64,000 nucleotides of DNA, from positions 5,270,001 through 5,334,000 of the forward strand of contig NC_090340.1 in assembly GCF_035084215.1 (NCBI RefSeq), read 5' to 3'. Position 1 is the stretch's first letter. Every line of letters starts with the position of its first letter. Shown here piece after piece: positions 49,930-64,000 of this stretch. This DNA is from Heptranchias perlo. Its lineage: Eukaryota. A program made the translations under genes and the position numbers. Below the pieces are notes generated by a model that was given only the letters and a program-made list of their open reading frames with translations, had not been told where the DNA came from and searched no databases.

Positions 49930-52900
49930 ACGTCCACCTATCTCAAAAAGGGGTAGGATCGGGTACTAATTACTCTCGTGTTCAGGAAAAATAGGGAATA
50001 TTAAAAAAGGAGGGGGTGGCATCATTGATTAAGGAGAATACTGCAGAGCCGGAGAAAGAGGATGCCTTTCAGGGGTCAAGGACAGACCTATTTGGTTTGA
50101 GTTAGAGTTAAGAAACAATAGACGTGCCATTACACTACTGAGTATAATCTATAGACTAACAATTATTGAGAAGGATATAGATGAGCAAATTTACAGGGAG
50201 GCGCAAGAACTATAGAGTGGTGATAATGCAGGACTTCTAATATCCAACTATGGACTGAGATAGTAACGTGTTAAGGGCAATGCGGGTGAGGAAGTGTGCT
50301 CAGGAGAATGGTCTTGGCCAGTATGTCTCCGGCTCCATGAGGAAGGAGGCATTGGCCAAGGAGGTATGAGGTGGGTCAAGTGGAGCAAGTGTCAGTGGGA
50401 GATCATTTAGGGAACAATGATCATATATCATAAAGTTTAAGATTATTTACGGAAAAGGACAAGGAACAATCTAGAATAAAAATTCTGAATTGGAAGAGGG
50501 CCAATTTCAGCATCTTGAACTGGTAAATTGGAATCAATGATTGGCAGGCAAAACTGCAATCTAACAATGGGTGGCCGTTAAAAAGATGATTTGTGTACAA
50601 TCTACGTACATTCCCACGAGGGGGAAAGGTAGGGAAAACAAATCCAGAGCTCCCTGCATGACGAAAGAGATAGATAATAAGATGAAGCAGAAAACTGGGC
50701 TGTATGGCAGATGTCAGGTTGCTGATACAAGTGAGAACCAGGCTGAATATAGAAAGTAAAGAGGGTAGGTGAAAAGGGAAACAAGAAGCGCAAGGAAAGA
50801 GTATGAGAATAGAATGGCAGCTAACATAAAAGGGAATCCAAATGTCTTCCAAAGGCATATAAGTAGTAAACAGGTAGTAAGAGGAGGGCTGGGGCCGATA
50901 AGGGACCAAAATGGAGATCTACACGTGGAGGCAGAGGGCATGGCTGAGGTACTAAATGAATCCTTTGCATCAGTCTTTACCAAGGAAGAAGATGCTGCCA
51001 AAGTCACAGCAAAAGGGGAGGTAGTTGAGACACTGGATGTGCTAAAAATTGAGAAAGAGGAGGCACTAGAAAGGCTGGCAATGCTTAAAGTAGACAAGCT
51101 ACCCCGTCCGGATGGGATGCATCCTAGGTTGCTGGTGGAAGCAAGGTTGGAAATTGCAGAGGTGCTGGCCATAACCGTCCAATCTTCCTTAGATAAGGGG
51201 ATGGTGCCAGAGGATTGGAGAATTACAAATGTTACACCCTTGTTCAATAAAACGGAATGAGGTGGATCAAATGGAATACATGTGAGTGGGCGAACATGTT
51301 TGGAACAGTGATAATAGTGCGTTTGGATTCGTTATGGAAAAGGACAAGGAGTAATTTAGACTAAAAATACTTAATTGGAGGAGACCAAATTTCAGAGGGT
51401 TGAGAACGGATCTGGACCGGGTACATTGGAATCAATAATTGGCAGGTAAAGCAATAATCGAACAATGGGTGACCTTTAAAGAGGAGATGGTTCAGGTACC
51501 TTCTAAGTACATTCCCACAAAGGATAAATGCAGAGCAAGAAAAGCCAGAATTCCCTGGATGACTAAAGAGCTAGAGAGTAAGACGAAGCAGAAAAGGGGA
51601 GCTTATGACACATGCCAGGTTGATAATACAAGTGAGAACCAACCTGAATATAGAAAGTAAAGAGAAGTGAAAAAGGAAATAAGATGTGCAAAGGGAGACT
51701 ATGAGAACAGATTGACGGCTAACATAAAATGGAATCCAAAAGGCTTCTATAGGTATACAAATAGTAAACGGATAGTAAGAGCAGGACTGGAGAATTTGAA
51801 ATGTTACACCCTTGTTGAAAAAGGGGTGCAGGCATAAATCCTGTATCTACAGGACAGTCAGTTTAACCTCTATGTTGCGGAAGCAGTTAGAAACGATAAT
51901 CCATGACAAAATTATTAATCCCTTGGAGAAGTTTGGATTAATAAAGGAAAGCCAGCACGGATTTGTTAAAGGCAATTCGTGTTTAACTAACTTGATTGAG
52001 TTTCTTCATGAGGTAACAGAGAGGGCTGATAAGGTCAGTATCAGTCTCATTGAAACAAGTAAGATTCTGAGGGGACTTGACCGTAGATGCTGAGAGGTCG
52101 TTTCCACTGGCTGGTGAGTCAAGAACTAGGCGGCAGAGTCTCACGATAAGGGGCTCCCATTTAAGACTGACATAAGGAGATCTTTCTTCACTCAGATGGT
52201 TGTGCATCTGTGGAATTCGCTACCCCAGAGGGCTCTGAATGCTGAGACGTTGAGTATATTCAAGGCTGATATCGATAGCTTTCTGGGCTCTCGGAAAATC
52301 AAAGGATTTGGGGATCGGGCGGGAAAGTGGAGGTGACGTCGAAGATCAGTCATGATCTTACTGAATAGTGGAGCAGGCTCGAGGAGTCGTATGACCTACT
52401 CTTGCTCCTAATTCTTAAGTTCTTATTTTCCCAGGGCAATGCGGTTGATGTTGTTTCAAAATGCATTTGATAAAGTGCCACATAATAGGCTTGTCAGCAA
52501 TTTTGAAGCCAATGGAATCAAAGGACTGTGGCAGCATTTATACGAAATTGACTGAATGACAGGGAACAGAGAATAGTGACGGACGGTTATTTTTCATCTG
52601 GAGGAAGGTACACAGTGATGTTCCCCAGGGGTCGGTACTAGGAGCACTGCTTTTTTTGAAATATATTGATGACTTGGATTTGGGCACAATTTCAAAATTT
52701 GCAGGTGACATAAAACTAGGAAGTGTAGTAAATAGTGACGAGGATAGTGGTAGACTTCAAGAGGACAGACAGGTTGGTGGAATGGGCGGACAAATGAAAA
52801 TGAAATTTAATGCAGAGAAGCACGAAATGATATATTTGGCAGGAAGAACGAGGAGAACTAAATGGTACAATTCCAAATTGAGTGCAGGAACAGAGAAACC

Positions 52901-53585
52901 TGGTGGTATATGTGCATAAATCTATGAAGGTGGCAGGACAAGTTGAGAAAGCGGTTAAAAAAGCAAACGGTGTCCTGGGCTTTATAAATGGAGGCATAGA
53001 GCACAAAAGCAAGCAAGGTATGTTGAAACTTCATTAAAGAATGGTTCGGCCACAACTGGAGTATTGCGTCCAATTCGGATACTACACTTTAGGAAGGATG
53101 TAAAGACCTTAGAGAGGGTGCAGAAAAGATATATTAGAACAGTTCCAGGGATGTGGGACTTAAGTTATGTGGATAGACTGGAGAAGCTGGATTTGTTCCC
53201 CTTAGGTTGAGAGGAGATGCGATCGAAGTGTTCAAATCATGAAGGGTTTAGATAAAGTAAATCAAAGGAAACTGCTCCCATTGGCGGAAGTGTCGGGAAC
53301 CAAAGGACACAGATTTAAGGTTTATGGCAAAAGTACCAAAGGCGACGTGAACAAAAACATATTTTGTTATTATCTGGAAGGTGCCGCTAAAATGGTGGTG
53401 GAAGCAGGTTCAATCGTGTATTTCAAAAAGGAATTGGGTACATACTTGAAGGGGGACATGCAGGGCTACGGGAAAAGAGCAGGGGAAATGGAATAAGTGC
53501 ATTGCTCTTACACAGAGCTGGCCCAGTCTCGATGGGCCAAATGGCCTCCTTCTGAGCTGGAAAGATTCGATATTTCTATTATTCT
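49930..53585 (+). mobile_element. Composite CR1 block: copy 1 (~49930-51250), copy 2 (~51257-53585) and a nested CR1 tail (~52038-52430)
   Basis: APE-to-RT motifs (PRPDGMHPRLL, DWRITNVTPLF, QHGFVKGNSCLTNL, ISKFAGD). 50370-50890 is repeated divergently at 51257-51785. Confidence 0.88.
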
Positions 53586-54614
53586 TCTGAGTGTACACAC
53601 CTATAAAGGAAGGATAAAAAATTATCCAAAAACATATTTGCATTCAGCAATTTCTGTTGGACAGAAATATTTTCCATTGAAATACTGGAACCCTGACAAC
53701 TGCAGCTCTGACCTTTTCAGCAGAAATAAGCTATGAGCTGGCCTTCGGTTTACCTTTCTCCTGGCCATTTTTGTCACATCCACCTGGTCCTCCTCACTTG
53801 TGCTTGCTGGATCTCCCGCTGTTGTCCCCTATAACAGAGTAGCTAAGTCAGATATGATGCTGATATCTGTGCTGGTGGTTGGCAGAGTAAGACGGAGAGA
53901 CATTGCATTGTCATTTGGGTTTTGATCATTAATTTGTTTGGCACTGGCGATTGTGACTTCTGATTGACGTCGAAGAAGGGGAGAGGGTCAGGGGTTAAAG
54001 ATTTGAGGATGAGCACCATCTCATCAATGAAAATGCACTGGAAAACCAGGTTGCCATCTTCATTGCATGACTCTGTGAGTTTGGAGACTGAAAGAGTTGA
54101 ATAGAAAGAGAAGATAAAGGGACATTATCAATAGGCAATGCTGCGTTAGGCCTCCACCCACTCTAACTCCACTGCTGGATGTTGTATCTTGTGTATTATC
54201 TCCAAATTTGTTACGTGGGTAGGAAGTAACCTAACTAATATTAACCCGGTATATACCAGCTAACGATAAAGGTTTAGAAAAATGAATCCCAAGTAAAGAA
54301 GAGGCAGAAAAAAGATGAATTTTCAATTTACTTCCCCTTAAATAGGTGATGCTGCTTTGATGGCACGTTATTTGATTTTTATATTTGCTTTAGTAGTGAA
54401 TAAACAGATAATCTAACGGATTAATCTGAAGAGATGTCTTCTTTCTTCTTCGTTTGGTAGCCTTCTGCTTTCTGGCTGGGTCGCTTTCCATGTGTCATTG
54501 ACTGAAGGTTCGGAGCTTTCCTGCTCTCCGGTTGGATGGTTAGCTCTATATGTTCCATTTGTTTATAAACAAAGTTCTGCCAACCTAAAGGGTCTTATCC
54601 TTAGAACCGAAATA

Positions 54615-55450
54615 TGGGGAGAAAAATTGGATAGGGCCGTTTATGGGCGCGGGTAACGTGATGCGCTATTACCCAGCACTCAATGACCCCTGCGCAGGCA
54701 GTTTTGGCAGGCCTGAGGACTCACCTGCAATCTGCGTTCCATTCCGGGCTTTGCACGTGGCATCAATGCAATTCGCTCTTTCCACCACCAGGGGGAGCTC
54801 AATCACTGAAAAGGAGAATGCTTTTTAGAAATCTCTTAAAGGTAGCTGGTACCTGCTATTTGCTGAAAATAAAAGTTAACTGTCTGCACGGAGTCTGAAC
54901 GGAAATCAGACATTACACACGTAAAACACAGAGCAGGTCCCATCCCTATGTTTACACACTGATGAGTTATGTTGAAACATTGAATAAAGGTTGCGCACTA
55001 CTAAATCCTACATACTCCAATCTGCATCCCAGACCTCACTAATCTGCCGACGTGAGTTGGTACCAGACCTACAACAGTGCGTGCACCAAGGTTCTCTGCT
55101 GATGCACTAGAGAACTTGGTGCAAGAGGTGGACAGAAGGATGGACATCCTATATCCGCAGGGGGCAAGAGACCCTCCAGACATGTATCCAAAAGACAGGG
55201 GGAGGCAGCATGGGACGAAGTCAATGCCAGCATCATTAACATGGATGCAGTGCAGGAAGAAGTTCAATACTGTGACATGAGCGGTCAAGGTGAGTGATGT
55301 CAAATGTCAAGCGGTATCTCCTACCAACTGCATCACGCACTATACCCCCCATCAAACATATACAAACAAACTCTTTCCATCAGTAGTCAACTTTTCCAAC
55401 CAGATGCTTCATCTCACCCCTACACATTACCAAAATTTCAACAATGGGAC
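54615..55450 (+). mobile_element. Harbinger-type remnant with Myb/SANT-like ORF piece
   Basis: RAPRFSADALENLVQEVDRRMDILYP..TWMQCRKKFN followed by a GTGAGT donor, paralleling 25874-26125. Confidence 0.7.
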
Positions 55451-56719
55451 TCAGATATTCGCAAATGATCAATACTGTTCTTTGTTATTCTATCTCAAGT
55501 TTCCTTTCATTGAATTATTGGATGCCAGAGTTCGAGGCTCTTTCGATGAAGCGTTTTATTTCAATAGTTTTACCAGTTCAGTGGATTCCCGCTGTTCACA
55601 ACTAGCTTTAAATAATAAAATTATATTAAGCAAATACAAATTACAACTATGTTCGGTGATACAAAATACAACGAGATTACATGATTAACAAAATGTGATA
55701 CAGAATACAATTATAGATTAAAACAGTCTGTTCCTGTGATGCCAATGATAGGCTATTCCATAGGGATGGATATTTACAGCCTGTTAGGACCTCTGTCTGT
55801 GCTGGTTGGTTGTCTTCCTCCTGTTGTGTATCAGCGTTCTCTGCAAGGAAAGTTGAATTGGGGTAATATGTAACCTAGGAAGGGGCTTTGAACCTTCAAC
55901 ATGTATCGATCATTTTACCATACTGTGCATGATGACAGGAAGAATTCGATAATTAGGGCAAGAAAAAGAAATAGCTCTGAGGGCGGCATCAGTTTTTGAT
56001 GGCGTAAGTTCAAGAGAAAAGGAGGTGCAGTAAGGCCTTCTCTACTGACTTTTGGGCAGCTATGACAATTGGGTTGCAAAGGATTGATAGTCCTGCAGAA
56101 TGTATCAGAGAAATGAAGGAGAGCTTTAAATTGGCAGTCCTGCTGAGATCATGAATGCCACTAATTCCCATGTGTATGCTTTGAATTACTTCTGTAACTG
56201 CAGTGGAGAATTGGGGAAATCCTGCGGAAATTCTATCCATAAATATCTTTCTGCAATGTCACCAGCTCCTGGCGATAATATTGATCACATTCTTATGTGA
56301 TGCCATTTCATGCCATGCCTATTCGCCAATTGGCCTGAGTGCCCGCCGACTATCACTGGGGAAGAGGACCTCCTTGCTGTTTGGAATTGGTTATATCAGC
56401 GTCTACATGGCTGTATCTGAAATCCTTGGACCTTGAAAGGATTGAACTTTACTTCAGATATCCTGAAGCTTTGCGCCATTGTTTCGCAGTATTGGACAAA
56501 AATAATACATCTCTACTTTACGCTGCAGCAGCCTATGGGAACCTTCAGCCGCACCTGATTTCCCCTTCCTAATCAGCGATATGCCGACAGAGAGCACGTT
56601 TCTTGTTGGCAGTTCACATCGAACTGCAAGTGCTGGGCAATGGGGAAACTGGGAAGGGTCGACCGTCACCTCCTCCCGTTTGCTGTTGCTCTCACGCCAC
56701 TTACCTTCTCGCCATTGAG

Positions 56720-57845
56720 AACAACAACAACATGTATTGATATAGCGCCTTTTAAATGGTAAAACGTTCCGAGGCACTTCACAGGAGCCTAATCAGAAAT
56801 CAAAATTGACATTGAGCCAAAGAAGGAGGCATTAATACAGGTGGTCAAAAGCTGGTCAAATTGGTTGGTTTTGTGGAGGGTCATAAAGGAGGATAGAAAC
56901 GGAGATAGTCAGAGAGTTTTACGGCGCGAGTTCCAGTGCTTAGGGACTAATCAGCTGCTGATCGTCAAAGGTGGTTCGAAAGAAGTCGGGGTTGGACAAG
57001 TGGACGAAATTGGAGGAACACAGATCTTCCGCACGAATTTAGGACTGGCACAGAATCATCGAATCATAGAATCATAGAAGTTTACAACATGGAAACAGGC
57101 CCTTCGGCCCAACAAGTCCATGTCGTCCAGTTTATACCACTAAGCTAGTCCCAATTGCCTGCACTTGGCCCATATCCATCTATACCCATCTTACCCATGT
57201 AACTGTCCAAATGCTTTTTAAAAGACAAAATTGTACCCGCCTCTACTACTGCCTCTGGCAGCTCGTTCCAGACACTCACCACCCTTTGAGTGAAAAAAAA
57301 TTCCCCTCTGGACCCTTTTGTATCTCTCCCCTCTCACCTTAAATCTATGTCCCCTCGTTATAGACTCCCCTACCTTTGGGAAAAGATTTTGACTATCTAC
57401 CTTATCTATGCCCCTCATTATTTTATAGACTTCTACAAGATCACCCCTAAACCTCCTACTCTCCAGGGAAAAAAGTCTCAGTCTATCCAACCTCTCCCTA
57501 TAAGTCAAACCATCAAGTCCCGGTAGCATCCTAGTAAATCTTTTCTGCACTCTTTCTAGTTTAATAATATCTTTCTATAATAAGGTGACCAGAACTGTAC
57601 ACAGTATTCCAAGTGTGGCCTTACTGATGTCTTGTACAACTTCAACATGACATCCCAACTCCTGTATTCAATGTTCTGACCAATGAAACCAAGCATGCTG
57701 AATGTATTCTTCACCACCCTATCCACCTGTGACTCCACTTTCAACGAGCTATGAACCTGTACTCCTAGCTTGCAGAGATAGTGACGGGCGAGGCCAGGGA
57801 GGGATTTGAAAACAAGCATCAGAATTTTAACTTGTTGCACTGAGA
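56720..57845 (-). mobile_element. L2 3' end (56720-57050 and 57767-57845) with a CR1 insertion
   Basis: KILMLVFKSLPGLA motif; tail AAAAGGCGCTATATCAATACATGTTGTTGTTG. Confidence 0.72.
57052..57766 (-). mobile_element. CR1 3' fragment, relatively young
   Basis: LGVQVHSSLKV..RPHLEYCVQFWSP; tail of ATTCTATG repeats. Confidence 0.92.
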
Positions 57846-59199
57846 GCAAACTCGACCTTATTGTTTCACAGCAGAAAGCAATGTGAGTATATGATCACAG
57901 GAGTAGCTATTCATCTTCACCACCTGGATGTTAAGCATCCGCCTGGGCGGAGAGCAGAAAGCAAAATCGGGCGGGATGTGTGCATGCACCTCACAAAACT
58001 CGCTGGATTCCCCTTCCATTCATTTCAGTGAAAGGAAAATCTGGTTGATTCTGCTACTTGCCATGCGACCACCCCACCACAAACGCCCCAACCCCACCCC
58101 CCCGCTCCCCTTACCACTTTTTCTTTTCTGCGCTTCATCGAGGGGTAATTAACGCCCAGCTGGTAAAGATTAAAACTACTTGATAGAACATAACGGTACA
58201 GATAAAAATCCATTTAAGTTTCTCTTCACAGAATACACTTACCTCCTCAGCATGCACTTGGAATTAATTGTTTATAATTTGGTCACTTAAAGTTATACTA
58301 AGATTATAGAAATACGCAAAGATGTGATACGTTTTATGTTCAGCGTGGTTGTGGTGAATGCGATCATACCAAATCGCAGAACAATAAATGGGTGGATGTA
58401 TGCTGAGCCCTATTGGTCATTATTTGGAACTGGTAATATTTCCCAAATACTTAATATTTTTAAAAACCGCAACAGATCAAAAATTTAATAATCGAGTACA
58501 ATGGAAATGAATTAAAATAATAGCATCTTTTATACAAAAAAGGATTTTATCCCGTTACAACTAGCAATACATGGCTGAGGCTTTGAACTCAAAGCAAGGT
58601 TTTCGTGAGAAACAAATTATTATGCGTCGTTAAATTTCTAACACTCCATAAGCGTAGTTCTTTTTTTAAATTTCCCTGTTTTTTCAGTTCGATTTGTCAG
58701 TAGAGTATTTTCCCTTCGCTCTTTCTGCAGAGCCAGCAGCTCAAATCAAGTGGCATGTTCCGTAAGGAATCTATAAAGGAACAAGAATACCGTTTGGGAA
58801 AATTTCCACATTCAAAATTAGTTGGTTACTTACATCAAGTCTCATTTTCCCCCTAAATAAGTGGATACGTTTTAATGGACAATGTTGCAATGACAATCGT
58901 TTTCACTATTTGCCATGTGTCACTCTACTAGCTAATTAGGTTACATTATCATCAATCAACAGGTTCAGTTAGGCAATCGTTAGGACATTTTCTGCATTTC
59001 TCCACAATTAAAGTTTTTTTTAAAGTGGTGGTTGTTTTACTTCAGCTGTAGTTTCATTTTATGAATAATCAGAACATAAACTTTGCATAATTTTGAAAGG
59101 CATTTTCACAGGATACACATATTACAGCATCAAACTTAATTATTGAGAGCTTTGCAGATTCAAATAAATGTGAAGATATTTACAATGTTGTATCATTGT

Positions 59200-60060
59200 T
59201 ACACAATGTCTCGCAATCGTCCACTTCCTCCAATAACTGTCCCATTCCCCCTTATCTTTTTCCAAACCATTTCCATTCACTGCTTCCTTGCGAAATCTGT
59301 TCGCCGCACCGCTTATTGTAGTTACATCTAAACTGTCCATGCACGTTCTGTCTGCTAATCATAAGCACGTGCCCCCCTGTTCTGGACATCAGAAAAATTA
59401 TCTCGGGATTCAATTTATTTATTGTTTTCAGGATTCTGGGTATTTTCTGCCTGAGAAACTTCTCCTCGCCTGAATAAGAAATCATAGAGTGATGATTCTC
59501 TGCTCATAAACTTACTCGAGATTTCAAGAATACTCCTTCTGTATTGCTTCCGTGTCTGGATATCCTTGCCTTAATACGTGGAACACAACAATACACAGAC
59601 ATCCAGGTATGGCCGTACGAATGTGCGTAAAACCTCCTCGGATTTTTGTTCCCTCCCGCTTACTGGACACCTCAATAACTAGTTAATTTTCCTTACTATC
59701 ACCCCACTTGCGCTATTGTTACCCATGAGCTTTACACTGATAGCAGCAGATCCCTGTCCTGTTTGTTTGCTGTAACCTAGTGCTATTTGGTCCTATTATC
59801 AAACATTTTCCCACAGTTAATATTATGTCCTACTCATCTACTGACTTTCCCAAGCTACCCAGCTACATTTCTAATTGATTGACATTTTCCGTCCTTTCAA
59901 TTCAAACCTACAGCTTTATTTATGCACCGAGTTTCAAATAATTTATACGGTCTCGAATCGTTAATGGTCCTGGCGCTGATTACTGTGCAACCCCACTAAT
60001 ATTGGCGCAGCTCAATTGAAAACCACTTGTTTCTGCCTCTGGTTTCTGCAATTTTCAAGC
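59200..60060 (-). mobile_element. Ancient CR1 remnant
   Basis: Decayed FVRPYLD.CV..CSTY and RTGGHVL motifs. Confidence 0.55.
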
Positions 60061-61485
60061 CTATTGTTTTGATTGATTAAGGAACTGCTATTTTAATTAA
60101 AAATACAAATCGATCTAATTGTCATCTCTTATGAGCGGATCCACCAATGCAAGCGCAAAACATTAAATTATACTTTGAAAGCTGTAATCAATTATTTTAT
60201 CCATTAACAGTCGGCATATCTCCTATCGCTTAATAATATTTCACCAACGTAGGATAAACACTTGGAAATTGAAGTAGGGATGGATTGAAACAATAAATTA
60301 TGTCTTACCTACAAAAGAGGCGGGCATTAAAATGGTGGACAACAAGGAAAGTTCGCAATAAAATTATTAAAGAAACAAATGTTAACTTGGAAATCAACGC
60401 AGCGATATATCGATGCAGATTTATGGGGCTGTGCTTTTTACGGAATATTCTTGTCATAAAATGAAGTCAGTAAATGAGCCAAACAAAGAAGTGAGACAAA
60501 TTAGTACTTCATTGCTACTATATGCATTTAATCAGATATCAACAACTTTGAACGATGGAGAAATAAAAGTTTTACTTGTGGACTTGGAAACACTTTTAAA
60601 CAATATCGTTTGAGCTGTTCTTTAAATTTTCAAACGGAGAGGCAGGAAACACATGAACTTTCTTCAACCGTGCCTGATCGTTGTTAATAAATAATTGATC
60701 GAGAGGCAAACTGGTCAGAGGAGATAATCTGAAATTGGTTAAAGAGTCCTTAATATCTATATGCCATTGATCGATGCACCGCTTGCAGTAACACGTTAGT
60801 TTGGTTCTAAAGCCGATTTCATCTTTAACCTTTCAGCGTCTTAGCGCCATAGTCGTCATCTGTGAATGTTCTATACTCTGGGATAAATCGTACCATAGCC
60901 ATTTATTTTTTGTTGCCTGTAGCTGCAATCTCTGACGTTCAGGAACTGAAATTCTGTGGCACTGGCACCGATGTCCCGCCGAGACCAGGCTGGTGGTCTC
61001 CACGGCGGAATCTTTAGGTCTGTAAAACTTATTTCCCTCTCTCTCGCCTGTGAACTCGGCTAACCACAGGAGTATTGATAGCAGAAAAAACACGCAGTGC
61101 TTTGGCACTTGCTCAACGCCAGCCATACATAAGAAGCGACCACATCGAATTATCTAAAACTCTCTGACCAAGGAGGATGTTGCCGTTTCCTCACATGGAA
61201 TACGTTCTAGAAAAGCATAGTTCAGAAAGTGCGCTACTGTGGAGCTGGTGAATGCTGTCCGAGATCACCAAACTCTAATATTAAATTCAACAGCCCAGAC
61301 AACTGCTATGGTTCGCCAACCCCTTGTGTGCAAGGGGTAGACACGATGTTCCTGGAGAGATATACTGCAAAACTGGTGCACATGGAAGGGCTAAATATGT
61401 TCCTATTAATGGAGATGCGCCCTGATTAAGTCAACCCTTGATCAGAAGCGTTTTTGCCACAGTTCACAAATATACGTCAGCTGAA

Positions 61486-64000
61486 TCATCATAGAACATT
61501 TACGGCACAGAAGGAGGCCATTCGGCCCATCGTGTCCGCTCCGGCCAAAAATGAGCCACCAGCCAAATCCCACTTTCCAGCAATTGGTCCGTAGCCTTGT
61601 AGGTCACGGCACTTCAAATGCACAGCCAGATACTTTTTAAATGAGTTGAGGGTTTCTGCCACTAAAACCCTTTCAGGCAGTGAGTTCAAGGCCCCTACTA
61701 CACTCTGGGTGAAGAATTATACCCTCAACTCCGCTCTAATCCTTCTACCAATCATTTTAAATCTATGCTCCCTGGTTATTTACGTCTCTGCTAAGGGGAA
61801 TAGGTCCCTCCTATTCACTCTATCGAGTTCACTCATAATTTTGCACACCTCAATTAAATCATCCTTCTGCATCCTCTTTTCCAAGGAGAACAACCCTAGC
61901 ATATCCAATCTTTCCTCATAGCTAAAATTCTCCAGTCGTGGCAACATCCTCGTAAATCTCCGCTGTACCATCTCTAGTGCAATTACATCCTTCCTGTAAT
62001 GTGGTGACCAGAATTGTACACAGTACTCAAGCTGTGGTCTAACCAATGTTTTATACAATTCCAGCATAACCTCCCAGCTCTTATATTCTATACCTCGGCT
62101 AATAAAGGAAACTATTCTATATGCCTTCTTAACCACTTTATTTACCTGTCCTGCTATCTTCAGGGATCTGTGGACATGCAATCCAAGGCCCCTCACTTCC
62201 TCTACACCTTTCAGTATCCTCCCATTTATGATGTACTCCCTTGCCTTGTTTGCCCTCTTCAAATGTATTACCTCACACTTCTCTGAGTTGAATTCCATTT
62301 GCCAATTTTCTGCCCACCTGACCAGTCCATTGATATCTTGTTGCAACCTACAGCTTTCCTCCTCATTACCAAACACACGGCCAATTTTTGTGTCGTCTGG
62401 AAACTTCTTAATCATGCCCCCTATTTTTAAGTTCAAAACATTAATAGATATCACAAATAGCTTGGGACCCAGTTCTGAGCCCTGTGGAACTCCACTGGAA
62501 ACAGCCTTCCAGTCAGAAAAGCACCTGTCGACCGTTACCCTTAGATTCCTGCCACTGAGCGAATTTTAGATCCAACTTGCCACTTTCCGTTGGATGCCAT
62601 GGGCATATACTTCTTCACCAGTCTGCCATGTGGGACCTTGTCAAAAGCCTTGCTAAAATCCATATAGACTTTCACAAACGTGCTACTCTCATCGACCCTC
62701 CTTGTTACCTCCTCAAAAAATTCCATCAAGTTAATCAAACATGACCTTCCCTTCACAAATTCATGCTGACTGTCCTTGATTACTCGGTGCATTTCTAAGT
62801 GACGGCTTATTCTATCCCTCAGAATTGATTCCAATAATCTGCCCACAACCGAGGTTAGGCTGACTGGTCTGTAACCACTCGGTCTATTCCTCGCTCCCCT
62901 TTTAAACAATGATACTATATTAGCAGTCCTCCAATCCTCCAGCACCACGCCAGTATCCAGTGAAGATTGGAAAATGATGGTTAAAGCCTCCGTTATTTCC
63001 TCCCTTGCTTCTTTTAACAGCCTGGGATACATTTTATCCGGACCTGGCAATTCATTTACTTTCAACGATGCTAAACCACTTAATATTTCTTCTCTCACTA
63101 TGTTTATCCCATATAATATTTCACACCCCTCCTCCTTAACTACAAAGTCTGCATTGTCCCTCTCTTTTGTGAAGACACACCAACGTATTAATTAAGAACC
63201 ATACCAACATTTCCCGCCTCAACACATAGGCTACCTTTTTGGTCTCCAATAGGCCTTACTCTTTCCTTAGTTATCCTCTTGCTCTTGATGTATTTATAAA
63301 AAATCCTTGGGTTTTCCTTGAGTTTGCTTGCCAATATATTTTCGTGCCCTGTCTTTGTTTTCCTAATTTCCTTTTAAATTTCAACCCTGCACTTTTTATA
63401 CCCCTCCAGGCTATCTGTAGTATTGAGTTCTCGGGTCTGACATAAGCTATTCTTTTCTTCCTTATCTTACTCTGCATGCTCCTTGACATCCAGGAGGCTC
63501 TCGGTTTGGCAGCTCCACCCTTTATCTTTGTGGGAACATGTTTACTCTGCACCCCTTGACTCTTCCCCTTAAATGCCTCCCTGTACTCTGACATTGATTT
63601 ATCCACAAGTAGCTGCTTCCAGTCCACTTTTGCTAAATTACTTTCTGGCTTAGTAAAATTCGTCTTTCCCCAATTGATAACTTTAACTCCTGTTCTGTCC
63701 TTGACCTTTTTCTATAACTATGCTAAAACTAACTGAATTATGATCACTACCACCAAAATGCTCTCCTTCCACCTGCCCAGCCTCATTATCTAAAACTAAA
63801 TCCACAACTGCCATCCCTTGTTGGGCTTCCAACGTACTGACTAAAAAAAGTTCTCCTGAATGCAATTCAAGAATTTTGCACCCTTTATACCCTTCGCACT
63901 GCTAGTGTTCCAGTTACTATTAGGGTAGTTGAAATCCCCTACTATTACTGCCCTACTGTTTTTGCACTTCTCAGAAATTTGCCTACATATTTGCTCCTCT
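61486..64000 (-). mobile_element. CR1 LINE ORF2 (APE end, RT, tail), runs off the window
   Basis: ORFs 62541-63098 and 61780-62454: DWRTANIVSLF, YRPVSLTSVVG, DFSKAFDKVPH, KFPDDTKIG. Confidence 0.95.

Noticed and set aside
48690-54110. Old Harbinger Myb-protein remnants at ~48700-49250 and ~53690-54110
   Set aside because: Only vague compositional resemblance; no motif strong enough to call.

Overview
Vertebrate genomic DNA, most likely a cartilaginous fish (inferred from the repeat complement: several CR1-type LINEs, a second CR1/L2-group LINE family 'LINE-B', L2, Deu-domain SINEs, Penelope-like elements and Harbinger transposons). No intact protein-coding gene was found. Hidden among the repeats on the minus strand is a tandem array of at least three, possibly four, decayed paralogues of a non-rearranging immunoglobulin-superfamily receptor. 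The best-preserved copy (~34.1-40.3 kb) has leader, V domain with germline J-like GxG strand, one C1-set domain, an uncharged TM and ITIM/ITSM-like cytoplasmic exons. Other notable items: a degraded retrovirus-like element with gag, protease, two RNase H domains and integrase but no recognisable RT (3.0-10.3 kb); two near-identical Harbinger copies forming a ~1.3-kb inverted repeat (25.6-29.4 kb); a ~270-bp inverted intronic duplication flanked by a 16-bp direct repeat; a Penelope-type terminal fragment carrying a minimal hammerhead ribozyme; and modular tRNA-head/LINE-tail SINEs. All calls were made by eye with no database searches, and repeat boundaries are approximate.
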